A stretch of 63,964 nt of DNA, the filler included, from Deltaproteobacteria bacterium (GTDB lineage Bacteria; JAUYMQ01): assembly GCA_030698575.1 (NCBI GenBank). It is 8 parts of 8 records of this genome, joined end to end, with 100 filler letters (N's around TTAATTAATTAA, not from the genome) between each part and the next. Parts side by side here need not be neighbours in the genome. Positions count along the whole stretch, not along the records: positions 17,430 to 31,564 come from JAUYMQ010000065.1; positions 31,665 to 38,617 come from JAUYMQ010000067.1; 6 more parts are not named here. The stretch is one strand, 5' to 3'. The stretch's first letter is position 1; the number at the start of each line of letters is the position of its first letter. The notes under the pieces are model-generated. The model searched no databases and was not told the origin of the DNA. It worked only from the letters and a program-made list of their open reading frames with translations. This document shows positions 26,940-35,932 of the stretch, in pieces. Made by a program: the position numbers and the translations under genes.

Positions 26940-28126
26940 GGCCGGCGGCTCCCCATGCGACGCTTCGAGATGATCTCACGCATGATCTCGCTCGTTCCAG
27001 CTCCGATGCCCCAGTTTTGCACGCCGCGCGTGCAGCGCGCCACGTAGCACTCCTCCATGAACCCGTATCCGCCGAACGCCTGCCCGCAGTCGAGGATCAA
27101 ACGCCGCGCAAGCTCCGCTGCATAGAGCTTCGCCATGCTCACGCCGACCTCCGCCTCCGGATCTCCCGATACGAGCTGATCCGCGGCGCGATAGGCGAGA
27201 AGCTCTGAAGCCTCGAGTTCGGTCATGAGGTCAGCCATGCGGTGGCGCCAGATCTGCATGGACGCAATGGTTTTTCCGAACGCCTTGCGCTCTTCGAGAT
27301 AAGCCAGCGTATCATCGAGCAGATCGCGGCAGAGCGCGTTGGCCATCGTCGCGAGGACGAGGCGCTCGCCCTGGAAGGAACCCATGATGTAGTGAAAACC
27401 TGAGCCCTCCTTGCCGATGAGAAAACGCTCCGGAACGCGGACGTCATCGAAGAAGAGCTCGGCCGTATCGCTCGAATGCAGATCGATCTTCTTGAGGCGC
27501 TTGCTGACCGAGAACCCGTCCATGTCTGTCGGGCAGACGAGGAGACTCACGCCGTCGGGCCCCGGGCCTCCCGTTCGGACCGCAAGGGTGATGAAGTCGG
27601 CACGGGTGCCATTGGAGATGAAGGTCTTGGCTCCCCGGATCACATAGTCGCCTCCGTCCAGCTTTGCCGTCGTCCGGAGTGAGGCAACATCGGAGCCACC
27701 GCCGGGCTCGGTCACGCCCAGGGCGATTATCTTCTCGCCGCTGATCGCCGGTAGCAGCCAATCGCGCCGCAGCTCGTCCGACCCGTGATCGTGGATCACC
27801 GAGGTCGCCATCTCGCACTGCACGAGCAATCCGACCACGCACCCGAGGTCTCGCCCTTTCACGAGCTCCTCGACAAGAATCACCGTGTACCAGTAATCGA
27901 GGCCGCTGCCGCCCCATTCCGGATCGAAGCGGATTCCCAGAAAGCCGAGCTTGCCGGCTTTGCGAAAGAGATCGTCGGGGAAATAGCCCTCCATCTGCCA
28001 TCGCTCGGCATTGGGCCGGATCTCATCTTGCGTGAAGCGCCGGACCGAATCGCGGAACGCGCGATGCTGATCCGTCCATTGAGGAAAGGGCATGGCTGCC
28101 TCCGTCTGGCCGAGGTCTTTCTTCAC
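26936..28126 (-). CDS. Acyl-CoA dehydrogenase
   Basis: TEPGGGSDV, GAKTFISNG, SDTAELFFDDVRVP, GGYGFM, IGAGTSEIM. Confidence 0.95.
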   Translation of the reverse strand: MKKDLGQTEAAMPFPQWTDQHRAFRDSVRRFTQDEIRPNAERWQMEGYFPDDLFRKAGKLGFLGIRFDPEWGGSGLDYWYTVILVEELVKGRDLGCVVGLLVQCEMATSVIHDHGSDELRRDWLLPAISGEKIIALGVTEPGGGSDVASLRTTAKLDGGDYVIRGAKTFISNGTRADFITLAVRTGGPGPDGVSLLVCPTDMDGFSVSKRLKKIDLHSSDTAELFFDDVRVPERFLIGKEGSGFHYIMGSFQGERLVLATMANALCRDLLDDTLAYLEERKAFGKTIASMQIWRHRMADLMTELEASELLAYRAADQLVSGDPEAEVGVSMAKLYAAELARRLILDCGQAFGGYGFMEECYVARCTRGVQNWGIGAGTSEIMREIISKRRMGSRRP

Positions 28127-28758
28127 CCGCTCTGCTGTCGGGGTTCCGCGATCCCTCTCGCGAAGACTTCGTCCATGAGGCCGATGATCTCGTCGAAGGG
28201 ATAGTCACGCGCCCCCGATGTCTCTCGCTCGACGAGGAAGCGGCCGAGGTGAAACATGAGGTAGGCGACTCGTTCAGAATCGATCCGGCGAATCGTCCCC
28301 TCTGTCATGCCTTCGTCGAGAACACGCGTCAGGATATCGATGATCCGCCGCTCCTGATCGCGCGTGAATCCGTGAGCGATGGCCTCGAGGGTCATTTCGT
28401 CGTCGCGTACGAGCGCCAGCCGGAGTACGTGGTTACGCGCATAGATGGCGCGCGTGAGTTCCACGATTCGCCTGATCTTCTTGCCGGCGCGCCAGTCGCT
28501 CCTGGCGACTTCCTCGGCCTCGTTAATGAATTCCTCAGCGCCCCTTTCGAGCAAGCTTGCGTAGAGCACCTCCTTGCTCGTGAAGTGCGTGTAGAGGGTG
28601 GCCCTCGAGCAGTTCGCCTCGCGCGCCACCTCGTCCATCGTGGTCTTGCGGGGGCCGAAGCGAACAAAACGCCTGTGCGCTGCATCGAGAATCGCGCCCC
28701 GCATCGCTGCTTTCTTCCGGGTCGTTTTCCGGGTGACCTGTGCCGTTTTTCTCACCAT
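28123..28758 (-). CDS. TetR/AcrR family regulator
   Basis: ILDAAHRRF...TTMDEVAREANCSRATLYTHFTSKE. Confidence 0.93.
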   Translation of the reverse strand: MVRKTAQVTRKTTRKKAAMRGAILDAAHRRFVRFGPRKTTMDEVAREANCSRATLYTHFTSKEVLYASLLERGAEEFINEAEEVARSDWRAGKKIRRIVELTRAIYARNHVLRLALVRDDEMTLEAIAHGFTRDQERRIIDILTRVLDEGMTEGTIRRIDSERVAYLMFHLGRFLVERETSGARDYPFDEIIGLMDEVFARGIAEPRQQSG

Positions 28759-28806
28759 GAATATACAAATAGACACTTGACGTATAATTGTCAATATGTT
28801 CATATG
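28757..28806. promoter_or_regulatory. Divergent promoter region with probable TetR operator
   Basis: AT-rich island with palindrome TTGAC-GTATAATT-GTCAA at 28777-28794 between divergent genes. Confidence 0.7.
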
Positions 28807-28866
28807 TGCCCGTGGGGATCCACGGGAAAAGCCGGGGCCCTGCCCCGGGGGACGAGGAGAAAGGCC

Positions 28867-29721
28867 ATGACTGAACGCGTGAGGGCCATCGATGCCTGGG
28901 GCACGTTGACGCCGCCGGGCACCTTCGAGCGCTGGCCCGAGGAGTTCCGGAGCATCTTCCGGCGTTACGGCACCCTCGAGATCTTCGAGCGGGGGGTGAC
29001 TGTCGAGCAGATGATCGAGGAGATGGACAGCGCGGGGGTCGAACGGGTGATGCTCTCGGCGTTCGGCTACGGCGATATACACATCGTCACGAACGAGGAG
29101 GTGGCGGAAACTGTCGCCAAACATCCCGACCGGTTCACGGGGGTAGGCACCGTCGATCCGCGCGGGAAGCCGATGGACGTGCTGCGCGAGATCGAGCACC
29201 TCGCCAGGGACCTCGGACTCAAGGGGCTGAGACTCGAGCCCTACGGGTACGGCAATGGAATGGTCGGGGCCCCCCCGAACGAGAAGATGTACTGGCCCGT
29301 TTACGCGAAGTGCGTGGAACTCGGACTTCCGGTCGCCATCCAGGTGGGACACACGGGGCCGCTGCTGCCGTCGGAAGCGGGACGCCCGATCTATCTCGAT
29401 GAGGTCGCGCTCTCCTTCCCCGAGCTCGTGATCATCGGCTGCCACCTCGGCCAGCCGTGGCACGAGGAGATGATGATCCTCGCCTGGAAGCACCCCAACG
29501 TCTACGTCGAGACCAGCGCACGCGCACCGAAGCACTGGCCGGACTCGTTCGTGAAGTTCGCGAGCACCTATGGACAGGACAAGGTGCTCTGGGCGACCGA
29601 TTACCCGCTGCTGACCTTCGACCGAACATTGAAGGAGCTTCGCGATCTTGGTCTGAAAGATGACGTCTACCGAAAAATCGCCCGTGACAACGCGATTCGC
29701 GCCTTCAGTCTGGAGAAGTAG
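28867..29721 (+). CDS. Amidohydrolase_2 family metal-dependent hydrolase
   Basis: GLKGLRLEP, IQVGHTGP, GCHLGQPW, VLWATDYP; AGGAG RBS. Confidence 0.9.
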   Translation: MTERVRAIDAWGTLTPPGTFERWPEEFRSIFRRYGTLEIFERGVTVEQMIEEMDSAGVERVMLSAFGYGDIHIVTNEEVAETVAKHPDRFTGVGTVDPRGKPMDVLREIEHLARDLGLKGLRLEPYGYGNGMVGAPPNEKMYWPVYAKCVELGLPVAIQVGHTGPLLPSEAGRPIYLDEVALSFPELVIIGCHLGQPWHEEMMILAWKHPNVYVETSARAPKHWPDSFVKFASTYGQDKVLWATDYPLLTFDRTLKELRDLGLKDDVYRKIARDNAIRAFSLEK

Positions 29722-29723
29722 GC

Positions 29724-30167
29724 ATGGACGCCCGGGCGATGGCGGCTGTTCTCGATCGCATTCCCTATACGCGCGAGCTGGGTCTCGTTCTCGATGCCGC
29801 CGGCGACGGGGAGGTTCGCATGACGCTCCCCGACCAGGACGCCACGCGAAATCTCGTGGGGACCGTGCACGCGGGGGCGCTTTTCGCTTTCGGTGAGACC
29901 GTCGCCGGAGTCGCCGCGGGACTTCAGACGCTTGATCACGCCTTCCCTTTCGCGCGCGGCGCGCGAATCCGCTACGCGCATCCGGCCGCCGGGTTGGTGC
30001 GGGGGCTGGCGCGCGTGTCTCCTGCCGAGGCGACCCGCGTTCTCGAGGAGGTCGATCGTGACGGACGTTCGGAACTGAGAGTTCTCGTCGTGCTCCAGGA
30101 TAGTCATGAGAAAACCGTTGCGGAGCTGGAGGTGGATTACGCCTTCCGGCCCGTCGGGGGAAAGTGA
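29724..30167 (+). CDS. Hot-dog fold thioesterase-like protein (PaaI/DUF4442)
   Basis: NLVGTVHAGALFAFGE. Confidence 0.85.
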   Translation: MDARAMAAVLDRIPYTRELGLVLDAAGDGEVRMTLPDQDATRNLVGTVHAGALFAFGETVAGVAAGLQTLDHAFPFARGARIRYAHPAAGLVRGLARVSPAEATRVLEEVDRDGRSELRVLVVLQDSHEKTVAELEVDYAFRPVGGK

Positions 30168-30943
30168 CGATGACGATTCGACTGGAGAGAAAAGAAGGAA
30201 TTGCCACGATCACCCTCGCGAGACCGAAAGATCTGAACGCGCTCAACCTGGAGACCGTCGACGCGCTCGTGGACGCGCTGGACTCGGTGCGGGCGGAGGG
30301 CGACCGTGTGCTGGTGCTTGCGGGCGAGGGCAGGGCCTTCTGCGCCGGCGCGGATCGCGCGGAGATGATCCTGCGCGAGCCGAGAGAGTGGGAGCCCATC
30401 GTGGATCGTTACCTCGATCCGGTGCGGCGCATTGCGGACCTGGACATTCCCGTGATCGCCCGCCTCCACGGCGACACGGTGGGCGGCGGCTTCGGCCTTG
30501 CGATCGCGTCTGATTTCCGCATTGCGGCGGAGGGCATCCGCCTCGGCGCCCCGTTCGTGCGTGTCGGGCTGGCGGGTTGCGACATGTCGGCGGGCTATTA
30601 CCTCCCCCGCCTGATCGGCCTCGGTCCGGCGACGGAGTTGATGATGACCGGAAGGCTCGTGCGCGCCGATGAGGCGCTTGCGCTCGGGCTGGTGCACCGC
30701 GTGGTCCCCGCCGATCGCCTCGATGAGGAAGTGGGGAACCTTGCCGAAAGTCTTTGCGCCGGCCCGCCGATCGCGCTCGCGTTCACCAAGCGGGCGATCC
30801 GGCGCTCCCTCGACCGTGGCCGGGATGAGGAGTTCGACTACGAGATTTTCGCGCAGGTGCAGTGCATCCAGACGGAAGATCACCGTGAGGGGGTGAAGGC
30901 CTTCTTCGATGAAAAGCGCTCACCGGTCTTCAGGGGACGATGA
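30164..30943 (+). CDS. Enoyl-CoA hydratase/isomerase
   Basis: FCAGAD, GGGFGLAIASDFRIA, TEDHREGVKAF. Confidence 0.92.
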   Translation: MTMTIRLERKEGIATITLARPKDLNALNLETVDALVDALDSVRAEGDRVLVLAGEGRAFCAGADRAEMILREPREWEPIVDRYLDPVRRIADLDIPVIARLHGDTVGGGFGLAIASDFRIAAEGIRLGAPFVRVGLAGCDMSAGYYLPRLIGLGPATELMMTGRLVRADEALALGLVHRVVPADRLDEEVGNLAESLCAGPPIALAFTKRAIRRSLDRGRDEEFDYEIFAQVQCIQTEDHREGVKAFFDEKRSPVFRGR

Positions 30944-30944
30944 C

Positions 30945-31564
30945 ATGGCCGAACCTGATTTCTACCTGAACGAGGAGCAGCGGGCCCTTCAGCGAACGTT
31001 GCGGGAGTTCGTGGCCAAGGAGATCGCGCCGATCGCCGCGCGATGCGACGCGGAGGAGCGTTTTCCCGTCGAGCTGTTCAAGAGGATGGGAGATCTCGGT
31101 TATCTCGGCGTGCGGTTTCCAGAGGAGTTCGACGGCGCGGGCGGAAGCAACCTGGACTACGCCATTCTTTGCGAAGAGCTGGCTTACGGTTCGGGGGGCA
31201 TCGCCCTGGGAATCTACGTGCACATGGCGCTGGCATGCGCGGCGCTGGAAGCCTTCGCATCGGAGGAGATGAAGAAAGAATGGCTCCCGCCGGCGCTGCG
31301 GGGTGAGAAGATAGGCGCGTGGGGATTCGCGGAGGCCGGGGCGGGCTCCGACGCGGCTTCGATCGCCACGCGTGCCGTTGCCGAGGGAGACGAGTACGTT
31401 CTGAACGGGTCCAAGCTCTTCATCACGAACGGACCCATCGCCGACTTCGTCGTGGTCGTGGCTTCCACGGCGCCCGGGCAGGGGCTCAAGGGGCTCTCCC
31501 TCTTCCTCGTCGAGCGCGACCGACCGGGGTTCCGGGTGGGCGGCGTGCTCTCGAAGCTCGGCGT
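30945..31564 (+). CDS. Acyl-CoA dehydrogenase (3' truncated)
   Basis: AEAGAGSDA, LNGSKLFITNG. Confidence 0.92.
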
Positions 31565-31664
31565 NNNNNNNNNNNNNNNNNNNNNNNNNNNNNNNNNNNN
31601 NNNNNNNNTTAATTAATTAANNNNNNNNNNNNNNNNNNNNNNNNNNNNNNNNNNNNNNNNNNNN
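31565..31664. other. Artificial contig linker
   Basis: N run with TTAATTAATTAA. Confidence 0.99.
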
Positions 31665-31666
31665 AC

Positions 31667-32164
31667 CAGCAGGCGCGGGACGGCTTCTCTTACGATACCG
31701 ACAATTACGACGCGCCGGGCCCGAAACTGCCGTCCATGCGCTCGCCGGTTGCGGGAACCGTGCCGATCGACGGCGGAGATTTCCCCGTCACGCTGCTCGA
31801 CGCCGACATGTTCATCCGAAATCCGCGGCCGGGGGATCCCGCCTCGATCGAGCGTGGCAAGGTGAATTTCACGACCTTCTGTGTCCCCTGCCACGGGGCG
31901 GATGGGCTGGGCAAGGGGCTCGTGGGGCAGAAGTTCCCGATCGTGCTGAGCCTGGTCACCGATCAGGCGAAGGGATACAGCGATCAGTACCTCTTCGCGA
32001 TGGTGCGAAACGGCCGGGGGCTCATGCCCTCCTACGGCGACCGCGTGATCATCGATGAGCGCTGGGACATCGTGAATTACCTGAGAGATCTGCAGAGAGC
32101 CCCGAACCGCGACACCCCGGCGGCGCCGCCCCCGGTCCCCGCGGCGCAGGCCGCCGCTCCCTGA
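31667..32164 (+). CDS. actE: Monoheme cytochrome c, alternative complex III subunit E-like (5' truncated)
   Basis: MRSPVAGTVP, CVPCH heme motif, GRGLMPSY, ERWDIVNYLR; upstream of an ActF-like gene. Confidence 0.8.
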   Translation, partial: QQARDGFSYDTDNYDAPGPKLPSMRSPVAGTVPIDGGDFPVTLLDADMFIRNPRPGDPASIERGKVNFTTFCVPCHGADGLGKGLVGQKFPIVLSLVTDQAKGYSDQYLFAMVRNGRGLMPSYGDRVIIDERWDIVNYLRDLQRAPNRDTPAAPPPVPAAQAAAP

Positions 32165-32245
32165 GTCTGGCGGGCCCCCGGGCGCGCGGGGCGATGGAAT
32201 CACCCAGCCGTGGGCACGGCGGATCGATCCAAGGGAAGAGAGACA

Positions 32246-33526
32246 ATGTCAGAGCAGAACATCCGGCTTGATCTTTTCGATCGGATCGACAAGCCCGTCA
32301 ACAAGGGCTTCGTCGCGATCCTCGCGCTGCTTGCGCTTGCGGGCGCGGCGGCCTTCGTCTCGATGATCTCCGGAGAGGATCCGTCGCGAGGCTGGATCAT
32401 CTTCCACGTCAACTTCCTGGTGTTCACCGGCATCTCGCTGGGCGCGATCATCTTCACTGCGGCGGCCTTTCTCTCCAAGGCCGGCTGGCACGGTCCGCTT
32501 CGACGCTTTGCCGAGGGTTTCGTCTTTTTCCTCCCGGTCTCCTACCTCTTCTACTGGATCATCGTTCTTTTCGGGAAGGACTACATCTTCCCCTGGATCG
32601 GCTCGCACGATCCGCTCGTCGAGGCCAAGCGCGGCTACCTGAACATGCCCTTCCTGACCTTCCGGGGCGGCTTCGGGCTGCTGGTGCTCTACGTGACCTC
32701 CTGGGCATTTGTCCGGACTTCGCTGCGGCCCGATCTGAGGAAGATCAAGGATCGCCTCACCGGCTTCCGCAAGAGCATGGCCGAGCGCATCTCGGCGGGA
32801 TGGCGCGGCGACGAGGCGGAGGCAACGGCCCTTCACCGCACGCGCTCGCGGCTCGCGCCCTCGCTGGTGCTCATCTACGTCGTGGTCGTCACCATCCTCT
32901 CCATTGATCTGGTGATGTCGCTGGCCCCGACCTGGTTCAGCACGCTTTTCGGCGCATACTTCTTCATGGGCGCCTTCCTCTCGGGCTTGGCGGCGACGGC
33001 AATCGCAACCGTGCTCCTGACCCGGCGCTACGGCCTCGACGACGTGGTGACGAAATCGCAGTACCACGATCTCGGAAAGCTCATGTTCGGCTTTTCGGTT
33101 TTCTGGGCCTACCTCTTCTGGTCGCAATTCCTGGTGGTCTGGTACGGCAACCTGCCGCTCGAGACGCAGTTCATCGTCGTCCGGAAGTTCCCTATCTGGC
33201 AGAACCTTTCGATCGCCGTGTTCCTCTGCCTGTTCCTCATTCCGTTCTGGGGGCTCATTACCCGCTTCGCCAAGATGACGCCGGCGACGCACATGCTCTT
33301 TGCCGTGGTGATCAGCTTCGGCTTCTTCATCGAGCGCTTCGACCTCGTCGTGCCCTCGCTCAACCCGACGCCCGACGCATTTCCCTTCGGAATCGGCGAG
33401 CTGCTGGTCACGCTGGGCTATCTCTCGATCTTCCTGCTCTGCTACATCGCGTTCATGCGCACCTTCCCCATCGTGCCCATCGTGGGGCTGAAGCGTAAAG
33501 CCGAGCACGCCAGCGGAAACGCCTGA
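32246..33526 (+). CDS. actF: Alternative complex III subunit F-like membrane protein
   Basis: About 10 TM; DLVMSL.PTWFSTLFG, YHDLGKLMFGFSVFWAYLFWSQFLVVWYGNLP. Confidence 0.88.
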   Translation: MSEQNIRLDLFDRIDKPVNKGFVAILALLALAGAAAFVSMISGEDPSRGWIIFHVNFLVFTGISLGAIIFTAAAFLSKAGWHGPLRRFAEGFVFFLPVSYLFYWIIVLFGKDYIFPWIGSHDPLVEAKRGYLNMPFLTFRGGFGLLVLYVTSWAFVRTSLRPDLRKIKDRLTGFRKSMAERISAGWRGDEAEATALHRTRSRLAPSLVLIYVVVVTILSIDLVMSLAPTWFSTLFGAYFFMGAFLSGLAATAIATVLLTRRYGLDDVVTKSQYHDLGKLMFGFSVFWAYLFWSQFLVVWYGNLPLETQFIVVRKFPIWQNLSIAVFLCLFLIPFWGLITRFAKMTPATHMLFAVVISFGFFIERFDLVVPSLNPTPDAFPFGIGELLVTLGYLSIFLLCYIAFMRTFPIVPIVGLKRKAEHASGNA

Positions 33527-33557
33527 GCCCGGCGACCCCCATTGTGCTTCGAACGAA

Positions 33558-33592
33558 TCCGTCCCCTGCCTGCGCGGGGGACGGAGCTTTTT
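33558..33592 (+). terminator. Intrinsic terminator after actF
   Basis: TCCGTCCCC...GGGGACGGA 9-bp stem followed by GCTTTTT. Confidence 0.65.
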
Positions 33593-33662
33593 GGGGACGT
33601 TCACCATTTTCACCGTCTCCCCACGACCGGGGCGCTGGTCCCGAAAATGGTGAACGTCCCCA
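33592..33662. repeat. Perfect 20-bp inverted repeat, REP/MITE-like
   Basis: TGGGGACGTTCACCATTTTC (33592-33611) and GAAAATGGTGAACGTCCCCA (33643-33662), 31-bp spacer. Confidence 0.8.
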
Positions 33663-33711
33663 TTATCCGGTATCCTCGGTGGAAGGGCGCCAAACGAGAG
33701 GAGCGCACAAG

Positions 33712-34644
33712 GTGCGAGGCCGGCTGAGCGGGCAGGTGCTGTGTGCCCGGGTGCTATGCGCCCGGGTGCTGTGCGCCCAAGTGTTATGCGCAATGATGTG
33801 CACTCTTCTTGCCGCGCCGCCGGCGGGGGCCGCGCCGGCCGCGCCGGAAGGGTGGCGCGTTGCGAAGGCCGTCCCGGAGCAGCTCCCGACGGCCGACGCG
33901 CCGACGATCGAGGAGCTCACGCAACGGGCGGACCGATTCGCCGCGGAAGGGAAGTACGCCGAAGCGGAGGCCTACTACCGTCAGGCGCTCACGCGCATGG
34001 AGGGATCGGTCGGCGGAACCCATCCGAACGTCGCCGGTCTGATCCACAATGTGGGCGTGGCTTGCCAGAATCAGGCCAAGAATCGCGAAGCGGAGGCGCT
34101 CTACCGGCGAGTACTGGAGATTCTTGCGGCCGTCTACGGGGGTGATCACCCTTCGATGTCGCCAACGCTCACCAACCTCGGCACCCTTTACCTTTCTGAA
34201 GCGCGATACCCGGAGGCCGAGCCGCTCCTCAATCGGGCCGTTGCGATCACGGAGAAGGCGAAGGGGAAGGATCATCCCGATGTGGCTGATCCGCTGACCG
34301 CGCTGGCCGACCTGTACCGCGAGCGAGCCGAGTACGATCGCGCCGCGAAGCTCTATGAACGGGCGCTGAAGCTCATCGAAAAAGGGCGCGGCAAGGATCA
34401 CCTGGATCTGGTTGTCGTGCTCAACAGCTACTCGATGAACGAGTACGAGCTGGGCAACTATGGCAGCGCCGAAGAGAAACTCGAGCGCTCGCTCGCGCTC
34501 GCTGAAAAGATCCATGGCCCCGGCCATCCCCGCGTGACAATGATCGTGACCAATCTGATGGCCCTTTACGAGAAGCAGGGAAAGGACGAGGAGGCCCGGG
34601 CGCTGGCCAGGAAATACACCGGGGCCGGCGTCGGCGCGCCTTGA
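33712..34644 (+). CDS. Secreted tetratricopeptide repeat protein (TPR_10/12, kinesin light chain-like repeats)
   Basis: GAGGAG RBS before GTG; signal-like segment; repeats such as GGTHPNVA...NVG, GDHPSM...NLG, GKDHPDVA. Confidence 0.85.
   Translation: MRGRLSGQVLCARVLCARVLCAQVLCAMMCTLLAAPPAGAAPAAPEGWRVAKAVPEQLPTADAPTIEELTQRADRFAAEGKYAEAEAYYRQALTRMEGSVGGTHPNVAGLIHNVGVACQNQAKNREAEALYRRVLEILAAVYGGDHPSMSPTLTNLGTLYLSEARYPEAEPLLNRAVAITEKAKGKDHPDVADPLTALADLYRERAEYDRAAKLYERALKLIEKGRGKDHLDLVVVLNSYSMNEYELGNYGSAEEKLERSLALAEKIHGPGHPRVTMIVTNLMALYEKQGKDEEARALARKYTGAGVGAP
33736..33795 (+). repeat. Four imperfect 15-bp tandem repeats (VLCAR/VLCAR/VLCAQ/VLCAM)
   Basis: gtgctgtgtgcccgg, gtgctatgcgcccgg, gtgctgtgcgcccaa, gtgttatgcgcaatg. 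Confidence 0.9.
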
Positions 34645-34666
34645 ACCCTTTCGCTGACGAGACGAT

Positions 34667-35752
34667 ATGAAGTGGTCCTTCACCATCGCGCGGATCGCGG
34701 GAATTCCCATCAAGATCCACGCCACATTCTTCCTCCTGCTGCTCTTCGTGGCGATTGTCCACGCGGGAGAGGGGGGGCAGGGGATCTTTCTCGGCCTGAT
34801 CTTCATCCTGGCGCTCTTCGCCTGCGTCGTCCTTCACGAGCTCGGTCACAGCCTGGTCGCCATGCAGTACGGCATCAAGGTGCGCGACATCACACTCCTG
34901 CCCATCGGCGGCGTGGCGGCGCTCGAGAGGATGCCCGAGAATCCGCGGCATGAGTTCCTTGTCGCGGTGGCCGGGCCGCTTGTGAACCTCGCGATCGCGG
35001 CGGGGCTCTATGTGATCCTCAGCTCTTTTGGGACGCTTGTTCCCATTGGCTCCCTGAGCGTGACGGAAGGATCCCTTTTTGAGCGCCTGATGGTTGTCAA
35101 CGTATTCCTGGCCGCGTTCAACATGCTTCCCGCCTTCCCGATGGACGGCGGGCGCATGCTGCGCGCCCTCATGGCGCACCGGATGGACTACACCCGGGCG
35201 ACGCAACTGGCCGCGCGCATCGGGCAGGGGATGGCGCTCTTCTTCGGGCTCGTGGGGCTGCTCTTCAACCCGTTCCTGATCTTCATCGCGCTGTTCGTCT
35301 ACATCGGCGCGGAACAGGAAGCCGCGATGGTCACCATGCGCGCGGCCTTCCGTGGCGGGCCGGTGAGAGACGCCATGATCCGTGATTTTCGCAGCCTGCA
35401 CTTCCATGATCCGCTGACTTTCGCGGTGCAGTATCTGCTCGAGGGAAGCCAGCAGGACTTTCCCGTGCTCGACGACTCCGAGAATGTCATGGGGGTGCTC
35501 ACGCGGGCCGATCTGCTCGCGGGATTGAGTCGCGGGAACGATCGGGCGCCCGTGGGAGCGCTCGTGCGCGCCGACGTCGGCACCCTCTCGCCGGGCGACA
35601 CCCTCGACGACAGCTTTGCCCGGCTCCAGCGCGCCGGCACCACGGCGCTGCCGGTCGTCGACAAAGGCCGCCTCGTGGGCTTGCTCACACTCGAGAACAT
35701 CAGCGAGTATGTGATGATCCACAACGCGCGCCTGCGCAGCCGGCGCGATTGA
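34667..35752 (+). CDS. Site-2 (M50) zinc protease with CBS domain pair
   Basis: HELGH, AGPLVN, NMLPAFPMDGGR, two C-terminal CBS motifs. Confidence 0.95.
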   Translation: MKWSFTIARIAGIPIKIHATFFLLLLFVAIVHAGEGGQGIFLGLIFILALFACVVLHELGHSLVAMQYGIKVRDITLLPIGGVAALERMPENPRHEFLVAVAGPLVNLAIAAGLYVILSSFGTLVPIGSLSVTEGSLFERLMVVNVFLAAFNMLPAFPMDGGRMLRALMAHRMDYTRATQLAARIGQGMALFFGLVGLLFNPFLIFIALFVYIGAEQEAAMVTMRAAFRGGPVRDAMIRDFRSLHFHDPLTFAVQYLLEGSQQDFPVLDDSENVMGVLTRADLLAGLSRGNDRAPVGALVRADVGTLSPGDTLDDSFARLQRAGTTALPVVDKGRLVGLLTLENISEYVMIHNARLRSRRD

Positions 35753-35932
35753 GCACCGGGGCGGGGCGCGATCGGCCGGCCGCGGTTTTGAGCCCCAACC
35801 GCTTGAAACAATGAGGGTTTTCGGGTTGACCGGGGTATGCTTTCGGGCTATATGATGGGCCCTTTCCGGCTCCCAGACCTTCCAACCGCCGGCGCGCCAG
35901 GTTGACCCGGCGCGCTCCCCAGGACTGAACCC

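Noticed and set aside
28123-30399. 758-aa ORF ending in a TetR domain, and similar extended ORFs (39446-41140, 48950-49969, 20316-21524)
   Set aside because: N-terminal extensions overlap other real genes; true starts are downstream
33736-33795. 15-bp repeats as a mini-CRISPR
   Set aside because: Head-to-tail repeats with no spacers, in frame within a CDS
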